A stretch of 64,000 nucleotides of DNA. Origin: Promethearchaeota archaeon. GTDB taxonomy: Archaea; Asgardarchaeota; Heimdallarchaeia; Hodarchaeales; Hodarchaeaceae. Under the pieces are notes generated by a model that made no database searches, was not told the origin of the DNA, and saw only the letters and a list, made by a program, of their open reading frames with translations. The position numbers and the translations under genes are program-made. Shown in pieces: positions 20,401 to 29,578 of the stretch; the first letter of the stretch is position 1; each line of letters starts with the position of its first letter. The stretch covers positions 44,170 to 108,169 of the forward strand of contig JBHLMN010000022.1 in NCBI GenBank assembly GCA_048938105.1. The letters run 5' to 3'.

Positions 20401-21029
20401 TTTTACTTAATCCTCTTCTTTTTTTCATGGGATTAGCATTAATATCACCTATTAGCACTTATCTGAGCGATCAAAAAAAAGAAAATTATCAACTGACGAT
20501 AAGACTACTAAAAAGCTTATTAGAAGGATTTTTCTTGATGATGATACTTGTTATTATAGGAATTCTCCTATTAATTAGCCCAGCATTGATTTATCTTTTC
20601 ATAACAACAATATTCAACCCAGAAGGTTTCTATTACACAGATGACCTTTGGTTTTATACTGTATCTTTTTTAAACTTTGGAATAGAGTTAATTCTTTTTC
20701 AAAGAGTATGGGTTTTTCTGGTTCTTCGTGGTTTGAAATTGGAGCTTAATTTCAAAGAAACATTCGCGTTAACGCGGAATACAGCCTTTGAAGGCCAATT
20801 AGGATTCATTACATTACTTATTATTCACACACTGATTCAGATTATTATAACCATGATTTTTCGTTATCCTATAGCTCGAAGTTCTTCCATTTCCTTTAGT
20901 CAACAATTATTCTTTCCGCCACTCCATCCCATTTCATTTCTTGCACTAATGAGTTTTGAAATAGGATTTTTCGTAATATTAATAATTTATCAACATATCC
21001 AACTAAAAAAGCAGCTTATTGTCACATGA
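17478..21029 (+). CDS. FtsX/MacB-type ABC permease with extra C-terminal multi-TM domain
   Basis: SLAWRNV..RSFLLILG; RQKELGILRATGA; REMGIMRSLG; extra TM block after about aa 900. Confidence 0.85.
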   Translation: MRFLQLRMTFSLAWRNVTRSRYRSFLLILGILLTVALETGIAVSVDTLYDDFLLENRNNNYTDITVNPVTWQDSASLEVLAKEVRQISGVSKASPALFLSVNQFISQQVSQNVLVYGIDPKNHPDMAHLDLISGSRTLQSDTIIISEHLSTVSGFQVGDSVDLSSIRDDLNILRVTIGGIISDKSCIGNKIGFLFILVDFQTLLRVIPEGLRSHILIQEIDVSVKDLLRINGIAEKIEDKVGLNNYVFVEKDISEIKSAGIRAYQTAMNLVIIASFVVEFLFITNILAIAIKDRQKELGILRATGANSWQFIKFIGVEVLIYAIIGSTFGIFVGIGFSQILVDFMDNYYTSIEFQSISLHFSSIFATFLSGIIVALISGLYPIFLAQTLPVVQNIHSRMTTAKSHNIFTVTMWKYTIGSGVSLAITAFILQIFIGPSRFLDFSLLSAHFLTVVMIFSGTLLIEIGILAFLPRIAMRVLFWFDIITRTISIRNIAREFQKSLFTIMTAALALTFIIIVGTVSAAIIEEVPDYFQSQWGSIDAIVEARDDNLLPINSTQLLEKRGVIAKAAFIQETRTQIDSTNGYIYGVDPTQYSFFAEPILTSDYDLPSYLILNASTTNTINGLVSQILFQQLRSPLGSSVLVKIADNSTVNVTLAAVIKANIFLGSGEYLYISSGHFQDYFNSTMAKWFLCKQSGESASIEGAIKLALPEIKEITMINSIAELVEETLLFQSAIFQVLFIESFVLAAIAQFVCILMSTLRMEREMGIMRSLGLSKEKVFSIFMCESTALGITSLIVGFLDGFLGSILLIWYISQSIPITFYLPLERVAFWVGVSFLITIASTIVPSYRSSQKNVVATIYGRPMRKSYIEKIEEPIFFEEEELLPQRKRKEVLTVYDEPKEYQTSFQIGKSLLKANKQKIRNIFVVLLAVCLLNYILDSYLPHRGLIPFDLITSSFFSGGDFMFQYYSIRKRYLILLNPLLFFMGLALISPISTYLSDQKKENYQLTIRLLKSLLEGFFLMMILVIIGILLLISPALIYLFITTIFNPEGFYYTDDLWFYTVSFLNFGIELILFQRVWVFLVLRGLKLELNFKETFALTRNTAFEGQLGFITLLIIHTLIQIIITMIFRYPIARSSSISFSQQLFFPPLHPISFLALMSFEIGFFVILIIYQHIQLKKQLIVT

Positions 21030-21276
21030 AATTAAGAAATGCTACAATTTCACGAAAATTGTTAAAGCAAAAGAAAAAGTCAAACAAACCCCCTAATTCT
21101 CCGTAATTGAGCTGTGCGCCAAAAATCACCGCGAAATTCGCATTGACTTCAATCACAATCCTCCAAACACCATAGTAGAGGAAGGAATCCTTCATATGAG
21201 TAGGCCAAATAATCAAGTAGAAAAGCTTTCAACCTTAAAATTGTTAAAAATCATCATGCACATTGTCCACTTTTGT

Positions 21277-21459
21277 ACTCATGTTAATTCAGATCTATAG
21301 ATGAAAACTTGTTTTTGTAATACCTTAATCGCTAGATCATAAAAAATTGTATCGATAGTTTTTTTGTCGGTTAGGTTGGACTCATAATACGAAACTCCTA
21401 ATTCTCTCGCTAAATTCTGGCCCTCTTCTGTTATTACAGTTCCTGATTCAATAATGAAC
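21277..21459 (-). pseudogene. Rab-like GTPase 3' relic with degenerate core right arm
   Basis: Encodes TVITEEGQNLARELGVSYYESNLTDKKTIDTIFYDL, similar to the C-terminus of 53656-54177. Confidence 0.9.
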
Positions 21460-21480
21460 TTTTCAGGGGGACAATTTGGA

Positions 21481-21615
21481 GTAGAAATCATACCAATGGA
21501 ATTCATTTATATTGTGGCATCACTTGGATGTCTGGCTCTATTAGCTTTCACCTATACTCTACGAGACAAATTTAAGACAAAAAGCTGAAAAAGAATTCAA
21601 AATGGGTGTATTCGG
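21481..21615 (+). pseudogene. Relic TM-anchor tail of a surface gene with no full copy seen in the window
   Basis: Reads VEIIPMEFIYIVASLGCLALLAFTYTLRDKFKTKS*; about 80 bp repeated at 45143-45225. Confidence 0.6.
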
Positions 21616-21674
21616 AAAAAATTTTTTATAGTCTTCAGATTCTTTGATCGCTTCAATTATAGCTGAATTAATAT

Positions 21675-23180
21675 ATGGAAAAATTCAGAGAGAAACTAGG
21701 GAAATTAATGTGTCAAAAGAGAGTGATGAGGGGATTCTTAACCAGCCTTGTTATTATTTTGAGCCTACAAATTCCTTGGATGAAAGCTATTAAAAATGAA
21801 AGTGGAGATTCAATAGAAGGTCATATCACAAATGAAGAGATAAATATTATCCAAATTCAACTAAACCAAACCTTTGGTGGGCTAGAAAGAGATTTTGGTT
21901 CTTCAGTTATTCAAACAGTTGATGGGGGGTTCCTCATTGCTGGTTCCACTGATTCGTATTCAAGTAAAGAGAATTTGGATATGTGGTTAGTGAAAACAAA
22001 TACTAGCGGATATGTGGAATGGAATCAGACTTACGATCTTTCACTATACGATCTGGTTTCTGACCTCATCCAGACCATAGATCAGAATTTCCTCTTAATT
22101 GGATCCTGTTTTGACGGTTGTGCTCCTTGTCTTGATTGGGGATCAGCTTTAAAGTTATTCGCTAATGGAACAGTCGAATGGTGTCAGTTTTATCAATATG
22201 GCGAAAGGGGGGGCGCCTGGGTGGACTCAGATGAACATTGCTTAGTTCATGCGGTAGTTCAGACGACAGATGGTGGGTTCCTCTTTGCAGGCGAAACAGT
22301 AGACTATTTAGTCGGTGACACTGGGCCTAATAATATGGATATGTGGCTGGTGAAGACTGATGATAATGGATCTGTTGAATGGAATCAGATCTATGGGTCA
22401 AGGGATGATGGTGGTTACTCCGTAATTCAGACGACTGATGAGGGGTTCCTCATTGCGGGTGTAACGATAGATTATCATTACGTGGTAGACAATGACTCTA
22501 GAGTTTTCATATATCCCCATAATGCTGATATGTGGCTTGTGAAATTATACGCCAATGGCTCTGTGGAATGGGATCAAGCCTACGGGGGAACAGGAAGTGA
22601 TTATGCCTTCAATGTTATTCAGACTGTTGATGGCGGATTCCTCTTGGCTGGGGTAACAAATTATTGGTCTAATAATTCGGATATGTGGCTGGTGAAAACT
22701 GATGCCAATGGTTCTGAAGAATGGGATCAAACTTATGGGGGATCGGGACATGATCATGCATCTTCAGTTCTTCAGACTGCTGATGGGGGATTCCTCATTG
22801 TTGGTGACACTGAATCTTATGGAGCTGGTGAGGAGGATATATGGCTTGTAAAGACTTATAGTAATGGAACAATCAAATGGAATCAAACCTTTGGTGGATC
22901 AGAAAGAGATCGTGGTAAATCAGTTATTCAGACTGCTGATAGTGAATTTCTTGTTGTAGGTTCCACAGAATCCTTTGGAGCAGGTGATTCGGACATATGG
23001 CTTTTAAAACTCTCTGAATCAATCGAAACTACCACTGAATTAATGAGCAAAACAAGTCCAACGAGTACTGTGCCCACAAATCCAAGTGAGTCGAAGGATT
23101 CATCAATTCTTGGATTTGAGATATTTTCACTTTTTGTAGGACTCTTACTCATTGTAATTATCCAAAAACAAAGAAAATAA
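21675..23180 (+). CDS. Secreted beta-propeller repeat protein with TM anchor
   Basis: About seven repeats of QTxDGGFLIAG...DMWLVKTDxxGxxEWNQTYGG; GFE + TM + KQRK tail. Confidence 0.85.
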   Translation: MEKFREKLGKLMCQKRVMRGFLTSLVIILSLQIPWMKAIKNESGDSIEGHITNEEINIIQIQLNQTFGGLERDFGSSVIQTVDGGFLIAGSTDSYSSKENLDMWLVKTNTSGYVEWNQTYDLSLYDLVSDLIQTIDQNFLLIGSCFDGCAPCLDWGSALKLFANGTVEWCQFYQYGERGGAWVDSDEHCLVHAVVQTTDGGFLFAGETVDYLVGDTGPNNMDMWLVKTDDNGSVEWNQIYGSRDDGGYSVIQTTDEGFLIAGVTIDYHYVVDNDSRVFIYPHNADMWLVKLYANGSVEWDQAYGGTGSDYAFNVIQTVDGGFLLAGVTNYWSNNSDMWLVKTDANGSEEWDQTYGGSGHDHASSVLQTADGGFLIVGDTESYGAGEEDIWLVKTYSNGTIKWNQTFGGSERDRGKSVIQTADSEFLVVGSTESFGAGDSDIWLLKLSESIETTTELMSKTSPTSTVPTNPSESKDSSILGFEIFSLFVGLLLIVIIQKQRK

Positions 23181-23258
23181 GTTCAGAATCCGTTAAAATA
23201 AAAAAAAATACATTCTAGTCAAAGATCAGTAGTAACTGCTTCATCAGTCAAGTTTTCG

Positions 23259-23650
23259 AGAGGATTTTTTCGAAGTGGAAAGAGGGGGTCGTTTTACTCA
23301 TGGGAGGGGCTTCTCCAAGGAAGATTTTGATATGAGGACTCACTCCTCCTAAATTTTCCTCAGATGCTTATTGATTCATGAAAATTCAGAATGAAATTCA
23401 TATATCGCCTTTTTTTCGTAATACCTCAATAGCTAAATCATGAAAAATGGTTTCAATAGATTTTCTCTCAGTTAGGTTGGACTCATAATACGAAACTCCT
23501 AATTCATTCGCTAAATTCTGGCCCTCTTCTGTTGTTACAGTTTCCGATTCAGTGATAAACCCCAGGATCGCAATCGGAACTGAAGATTCAGGAATTTGAT
23601 GAACTAAATTTCTTATTCAAATCTTTAACGGCTTTGAACGATGCCCTATC
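23259..23650 (-). repeat. HerA 5' relic + junction core (23337-23385) + long GTPase 3' relic
   Basis: Colinear with 39224-39350, then with 53666-53910; frameshifted. Confidence 0.92.
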
Positions 23651-23716
23651 ATCATAGTATGGGGGGGAAAGCCTGATCTGAGGCTGTTTTCGATGGTTAT
23701 GACTTGCGGTGTCAAG

Positions 23717-25030
23717 TTATTGATTCTTTCTTCTAATTAACAAAAATATACTAATGAAAATAACTACCATGAATGAAAATCCCGGAGTCTCATCTGTGGT
23801 GTAATCAGTTGTTATAGAATTTACTAGCGGAAAATGATCTACTCCATTCCCATCTCCAACGATTTCATAAGAAATATTCCAAATTTTTCCATCGTTTGTA
23901 GCACTTGTATAATTATTGGTATAATCATCTCCCCAGTAATTCCCTGTGGTTCCATTATCCCAGCGATTATCCATGCAATCATATTTTTCATAAGCCTGAC
24001 ATTTCGTATTTCCATAAATATCATTAAAATAAATTGTATTGTTGTTGCTCGAAAAAATCAGACCGATTCCAACCCAATAGTTATAACTTACATTATTCCC
24101 AGAAAGAATGTTGCTGCTTGAATTAGCCAGATAGATTCCATTACCATTGTAAATTGTAGAATTCCCCGAAACTTTGTTGTTGTTTACAGAATTCCCCAAA
24201 AGTGTGTTGTTTTTTGAACAATCCAACCAGATTCCAACCCAACCATTATACCTTACTTTATTCCCAGAAAGGAGGTTGTCACCCGAAGAATACAGGTAGA
24301 TTCCATTTAAACATTCGTTTTCAGAATTCCCCAGAAGTGTTTTGTTGTTTATAGAATTCCCCAGAAGCGTATTCTTGTTCAAAAAAAATAGGCCGATTCC
24401 TGCAATATTTTTATATCCAGAATTCTCGGAAAGAATGTTGTTGCTTGAATTAACCAGAGCGATTCCATAAAAATTGTAAATTAAAGAATTCCCCGAAAGC
24501 GTGTTGTTGGTTGATTTCCACAGATAGATTCCAAAAGGATTATTGGGGAGTAGATTATTGCGGATAGTTACATGTGCAGTATTATTTAAGAGAATTCCAA
24601 CTGGAGTAATTCTAGGAAAACTTCCATTTCCATCCTTCGCCCCACCTTCGATTAAGCAATTCTGGATGATAAGATAGGCATCCGTGAATCGTATCTCGAT
24701 CCCAAACGCTGTACTGGCATTAATGATAAAATTTTCAATAATATAAGGAGAGGCAGGAGTACCCTCCCCACTAAGTCCTTCATCCTCGATAAAGGTTGCC
24801 AACGCGTCATTCCCCTCAATATAAATCGGTGCATGACTCCCCACAGATTTAGAATTCCCTTTAAAGCTAGAATTATTTTCAGGTCGCGCAGGAAGGTCTG
24901 CAGGCCAACTCGTCAATCCAAGTAATAGAATTGTAAGAATGGATATCAACAAGAATTTAGAACGGTTCAAGTTCATTTCCCCTTCCATAGTACAGCTAAG
25001 ATCATAACGAAATTCTAGTAAGCTAGACAT
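23717..25030 (-). CDS. NosD/CASH surface protein with PGF-type C-terminal sorting signal
   Basis: HAPIYIEGN..G.GT...PYIIE; PbH1 repeats; GNYWGD; TPGFS + TM + RRK. Confidence 0.9.
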   Translation of the reverse strand: MSSLLEFRYDLSCTMEGEMNLNRSKFLLISILTILLLGLTSWPADLPARPENNSSFKGNSKSVGSHAPIYIEGNDALATFIEDEGLSGEGTPASPYIIENFIINASTAFGIEIRFTDAYLIIQNCLIEGGAKDGNGSFPRITPVGILLNNTAHVTIRNNLLPNNPFGIYLWKSTNNTLSGNSLIYNFYGIALVNSSNNILSENSGYKNIAGIGLFFLNKNTLLGNSINNKTLLGNSENECLNGIYLYSSGDNLLSGNKVRYNGWVGIWLDCSKNNTLLGNSVNNNKVSGNSTIYNGNGIYLANSSSNILSGNNVSYNYWVGIGLIFSSNNNTIYFNDIYGNTKCQAYEKYDCMDNRWDNGTTGNYWGDDYTNNYTSATNDGKIWNISYEIVGDGNGVDHFPLVNSITTDYTTDETPGFSFMVVIFISIFLLIRRKNQ

Positions 25031-25173
25031 CTTCTATATATATATTTAGCTAGAGTTCGAGTTAATCATTTACATAGTTTCATAATCTGCAGAAACAATT
25101 CTGGGTAAATGAACATCAGAAGGGAGGAGAACATAGAGTTAGGAACCGAAAAATATCTATTTGGGGTCATCAG

Positions 25174-25510
25174 TGGTAAGAATTTCTTGAATGGGATTAA
25201 AAAACATCTCTTGATAAGAAGCTCGTAATTGACTCTGAAACGGACGGTGGGACAACTCCTAGAGGGAAATCTGCCCATTGATCGAAACGATACAACGGCG
25301 TTCGTCGCGTTTGGCTTTCAAGAGCTGACGTAATTGCTCATATTCATTCCGAGGGAAGCCCAAGAGGTTTGCAATGTCAAAGGGATTGAATGCTTATTTA
25401 CTCATGAAAATTCAGAATAAAATTCATATGTCGCCTTTTTTTCATAAAACCTCAATAGCTAAATCCTGAAAAATGATTTCGATAGTTTTTCTGTCAGTCA
25501 ATTTGGACTC
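25174..25510 (-). pseudogene. Collapsed HerA-GTPase copy: HerA 3' relic fused directly to the core (25392-25411) and GTPase 3' relic
   Basis: 25174-25391 matches 37118-37383 with a gap; then gcttatttactcatgaaaattcag... of the GTPase end. Confidence 0.92.
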
Positions 25511-25648
25511 AAAAAAAGGAAATTAACAAGGAAATTTCTTTTTCTCAGATAACCTTTTTAGATGATCAAGCAACATGAATAGAAGTAAGATTTATTCAAT
25601 GGGTTGGACATGGGAAATGAAATTATTCATACTGGAGCAGTTTAGATA

Positions 25649-27337
25649 ATGGAAATTGGGACTTATCAAGGAAAAAAATTAGTGCAAAGTGAAATCAATG
25701 TACTAAAAGAAATTGAGAAGAGTATAGGGACACCCGTTCCTTATTTTAAGCATCAGGTTATTAATCTAGGGTTTAGTACTGAAGGAAATCATATTAAACA
25801 GCTTATTCTAAATTATATAGAATTAGAATCTTTACCAAAGAATATTGGAAACTTAATTCATCTTATTGAATTACACTTGAAGGGTAATAATCTCAAAAAA
25901 CTTCCAGAAACTTTCGGTCAATTAAGACAACTGAAGTATCTTGTTTTGTCTAAAAACAATTTGGAAGTTCTTCCCGATAGTTTTAATCTTTTAACGAATT
26001 TAGAAGATGTAAGGTTGCGAGAAAACAATCTAAAAAAGCTTCCTGAAGAATTGAGTGGTTTAGAGAATCTAGAAGTCTTAGATCTAGGTCAAAATAACCT
26101 TACTTCTCTTCCAGAATCGTTGTGTACCTTACCAAAATTAGGGAGTCTTACACTGGATAATAACTCTTTGGCATCATTACCAGACAATTTGTATCAATTA
26201 GAAAATTTAACTTATCTGGATGTCAATTCTAATACTTTGAAAGAACTTCCTGACTCTTTTGGAAAATTAACAAACCTAAATGTCTTTAAGGCTAATGATA
26301 ACAAATTAAGGAAACTCCCTTATAATTTTGGGAAGTGCATTAAGTTACAACAAATACAACTAGCAAGAAATGATCTTAAATCATTACCAGACTCCCTAAT
26401 TGATATCGAGAAGTTGACAAGGTTGCGATTGTCCTATAATCAAATTGAAAAGCTATCTTATGAACTTTGGGAAACTTTCAGTCAGATTAGTATTTTCTCT
26501 ATCTCTGAGAATCCCTTAAATTTTGCTGACTTCAGACGAATAAGATGGAAAGTAGACTCCACTAATCAGAAGTTTATACAGTTCTTAATAGGCATAGGAA
26601 CATCAGTCTTTACAGAAGTTCCTATCCATGAATTGGAGGAGATAATCGAACCTGATGATAAAATTTCCCGTTTAGCACATAAGTCTGCTCATCAAAACTA
26701 TCTTAATTTAGGAACCTCACTCACTCGTGCATTTTATGCGACGATGATTGGATCTGGTTTACTTCGCTATTATGATACATCTCTCTCCGAGGCGTTAAAC
26801 TTACCAATATATTTCTTAATTCTAATTCCATTATTACTCGGGTTTAGCTTGACACTTCGTCTCTCAGTTCAGAAGGAAAATGAAATTAGTGATCTACGCC
26901 AACAGTTTGTTCACAAATCGTTAGGTCATCCTGCGTATAATTTAGATATTTTTGAAGAACTCCTTAAAGAAAAATATTTTAGTCTGGAATCAGAGTTAAA
27001 ATCCTCTCGATATAATGCGGAGATAGGATTTTTCTCCAATCTAATTATCTCCTGCATTACAACTGTCATTTTCACCGTCTTGGCGGTAGCAGGGACAAAT
27101 TATATCAATGTAATCGTTTTATTATTTAGTCCAAGTATGTGGCCCCCATCTTTTATACCAATAATCATCGTTCTTATCTGTTTGACACTTATTTCTATGC
27201 CTATTCTTTGGTACTTATTCTCGAAATCATTACCAAGTCTAAACTTTGAATTAAGGTCCCTCCTCATAAAATATATAGAAGACTATGATATAGAGAGAGA
27301 AAAACATGAAAGAGAAGAATCTAGAATGAAATATTAG
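25649..27337 (+). CDS. Leucine-rich repeat protein with C-terminal TM domain
   Basis: About ten LxxLPxxxxxLxxLxxLxLxxN repeats followed by about four TM helices. Confidence 0.9.
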   Translation: MEIGTYQGKKLVQSEINVLKEIEKSIGTPVPYFKHQVINLGFSTEGNHIKQLILNYIELESLPKNIGNLIHLIELHLKGNNLKKLPETFGQLRQLKYLVLSKNNLEVLPDSFNLLTNLEDVRLRENNLKKLPEELSGLENLEVLDLGQNNLTSLPESLCTLPKLGSLTLDNNSLASLPDNLYQLENLTYLDVNSNTLKELPDSFGKLTNLNVFKANDNKLRKLPYNFGKCIKLQQIQLARNDLKSLPDSLIDIEKLTRLRLSYNQIEKLSYELWETFSQISIFSISENPLNFADFRRIRWKVDSTNQKFIQFLIGIGTSVFTEVPIHELEEIIEPDDKISRLAHKSAHQNYLNLGTSLTRAFYATMIGSGLLRYYDTSLSEALNLPIYFLILIPLLLGFSLTLRLSVQKENEISDLRQQFVHKSLGHPAYNLDIFEELLKEKYFSLESELKSSRYNAEIGFFSNLIISCITTVIFTVLAVAGTNYINVIVLLFSPSMWPPSFIPIIIVLICLTLISMPILWYLFSKSLPSLNFELRSLLIKYIEDYDIEREKHEREESRMKY

Positions 27338-27569
27338 AGAAATGTGAGAAAAGTTGTGTTACAAGATGCAACAGATGAGAGCTTAGACCATGACCATCTT
27401 CTTTTAAAATTATGATCATTAAAAAGAGTAAATAGGGTTAACCTTGAACTCCTCTGAAAAATTCGATAAGATAAGACAGCTTCTGAATGGAGATCCTCTT
27501 CAGAGGCTTAAAAAGCTTCAATGCCTTAAACTCATTCTTTCAATGTAAAATTTCCTAAGTGGTAGAAGA

Positions 27570-28409
27570 TTACTCTTTGTAAGAATCCTCAATAGAATGA
27601 AATTCATTCGTAGTGAAAATCGCTTGATTGGAGTAAATATATTTGATAATTATAACAGCCATCACAAGAGAAAATACTAATTGCATGACAGGATCAACCA
27701 GTGCTTCAGGGAACGTAATGGCTATCAAAAATGTCCCAAAAATATTGAGAACATAAAGTATCATTACCGCCCACCCTGCCCATGGTTTTAAACGCCGTAA
27801 GCCATATACTACTCCAATTTGAAATACACCAATGAAAAGTACCCAAAAAGGGAGCCAAGGAATGTTACTTAAATATGGATCAGATAAAGCACTGATGCCA
27901 GTAACTATATTTAGAATCCCACCCACAACAAGAAGCCCCATTATGATGTTTATTCCTAATGGTCTACGAGGAAGTGAAGGAAATGGATATCCACATTGTG
28001 GACAAAAGTAAGTGCCTGATATCCTTACAGACCCACAATTTCCACAATAATGTTCCCCCAATCTACCAGAAGAAGGGGGGATCTTTGGTTTAAGACTTAC
28101 TATTTTTTCAGGAGTGTATTCAAATTGACTCAATTGGTCTAGAGAAGGAAAAGGGAAGAGTTGGTCTTGAGGAATTTTGACTTCTGACATAAAAAACGTA
28201 TAAAGACTTTTCAATTGGTTGTAAAACGCTTCTGGGGAAATAGTTTTTTGCAGAAAGCGCATTTTCACTTTATCATACCAAGTTCTCCATTTATCCCAGG
28301 GTTCCTGATCTACTTTAAGTTTGACTAACTGATCATTAAATAAATCATCAAACTGTTTGACAATTTCCTCAAACGAGGTAATCTCAGTTTTTAATTCATC
28401 TTCTGTCAG
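27570..28409 (-). CDS. Zinc-ribbon membrane protein (track start 28268; probable CTG start at 28409)
   Basis: CGNCG...CPQCG, RPLGI + four TM; frame is open to 28451 with GAGGGA 5 nt before CTG. Confidence 0.75.
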   Translation of the reverse strand: MTEDELKTEITSFEEIVKQFDDLFNDQLVKLKVDQEPWDKWRTWYDKVKMRFLQKTISPEAFYNQLKSLYTFFMSEVKIPQDQLFPFPSLDQLSQFEYTPEKIVSLKPKIPPSSGRLGEHYCGNCGSVRISGTYFCPQCGYPFPSLPRRPLGINIIMGLLVVGGILNIVTGISALSDPYLSNIPWLPFWVLFIGVFQIGVVYGLRRLKPWAGWAVMILYVLNIFGTFLIAITFPEALVDPVMQLVFSLVMAVIIIKYIYSNQAIFTTNEFHSIEDSYKE

Positions 28410-28545
28410 TACAATCCCTCGTTTTACTTTGAAAAAGCTCTGAGTATCACCTTATCTATTACAGTAAAGTCCCGTTAATAACCTCGACAGTCTCATAATG
28501 AAACCTCCAACCAGTTTTTCTGCAATAAGTTGACCTTTGGGGTAC

Positions 28546-29292
28546 TCAATCAGATATTTTTCGTTTATCCTTGACATAAATTGATTTACCGGGACTACCT
28601 TTAACACTACGTTCATCAATTTCAAAGAGCTCAATAGCTTTAAACAATTCGTTGAGCTTTTTATAACCATAATTACGCGGATCGAATTCAGGACTTTGAT
28701 TCATCAAATTTGTACCAACTACAGCCAAATTTGCCCAACCGCTTTCATCTGTAGAAGATTCTACAGCATTTCTTAATAAGGTGACAAGCTTTGTGTCTCC
28801 TTTAAGTTGTTTAGTAGTCTTTTTGGAAGGTGGTTGGCCAGACTCATCTTTACGTAAGATCTCAGTGAAAATAAATTTGTCACAAGCTCCAACAAAGGGT
28901 TTAGGGGTCTTTTTCTCACCAAATCCATATACAATAAGGCCCGACTCACGAATTCTTGACGCTAATCGTGTGAAATCACTATCACTGGAGATAATACAAA
29001 AGCCATCAAGAGTCTCAGTATACAACAAATCCATGGCATCAATTATCATGGCACTATCCGTAGCATTTTTACCAACAGTGTATCCAAACTGCTGTATGGG
29101 TTGGATAGCATATTCCAACAAGACCTCCTTCCACCCCTTTAGGTCTGGAGTTGTCCAATCCCCATAAATCCTCTTAACTGTAGCAGTTCCATATTTAGTA
29201 ATTTCTGCTAACAGATCATCAATGATACTTGGTTGGGCGTTTTCTGCATCAATAAGAACTGCTAATTTCCTTAAGTTTTGATCTTCACTCAT
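28546..29292 (-). CDS. NYN (LabA/DUF88) ribonuclease with C-terminal OST-HTH/LOTUS domain
   Basis: AVLIDAEN, RIYGDW, GKNATD, SSDSDF, FDPRNYGYKKL; ATG at 29292 (track extends to 29334). Confidence 0.93.
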   Translation of the reverse strand: MSEDQNLRKLAVLIDAENAQPSIIDDLLAEITKYGTATVKRIYGDWTTPDLKGWKEVLLEYAIQPIQQFGYTVGKNATDSAMIIDAMDLLYTETLDGFCIISSDSDFTRLASRIRESGLIVYGFGEKKTPKPFVGACDKFIFTEILRKDESGQPPSKKTTKQLKGDTKLVTLLRNAVESSTDESGWANLAVVGTNLMNQSPEFDPRNYGYKKLNELFKAIELFEIDERSVKGSPGKSIYVKDKRKISD

Positions 29293-29330
29293 AAAAAAAA
29301 CCTTCTCACTGTTCATTAAGCAAGGAATAA

Positions 29331-29462
29331 TCACTTTCTTTTCTTCGCTGCAGCTCTCATAGCTCGAGCTTTAAAGCCCTGATTTTTACCTGAACGATCA
29401 GCAGCAATTTGAATTCTACGAGCAGATGCTTTGGTCATGGAAGTTTTGCGTTTAGTACCCAT
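29331..29462 (-). CDS. Small basic 43-aa protein (MTK.SA.RIQ..ADR.G.NQGFKARA..AA motif)
   Basis: GAGGT RBS 10 nt before ATG; resembles small SMP-like peptides; lies just upstream of NYN. Confidence 0.7.
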   Translation of the reverse strand: MGTKRKTSMTKASARRIQIAADRSGKNQGFKARAMRAAAKKRK

Positions 29463-29495
29463 ACTAATTGTAACCTCACTTATTTCTGCAATAAA

Positions 29496-29578
29496 GGGAT
29501 GACCGTGCACGAGTGCGTTATCCCACCCACTACGCGCGCGATAGAAGCACACAGCCGAACTGCGCCACTCCTTCTATC
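29496..29578. other. GC-rich double hairpin, candidate structured RNA
   Basis: GGGATGAC..GCACGAGTGC..GTTATCCC stem (29496-29524); GATAGAAG/CTTCTATC stem (29540-29578) enclosing ACACAG/CTGCGC. Confidence 0.45.
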
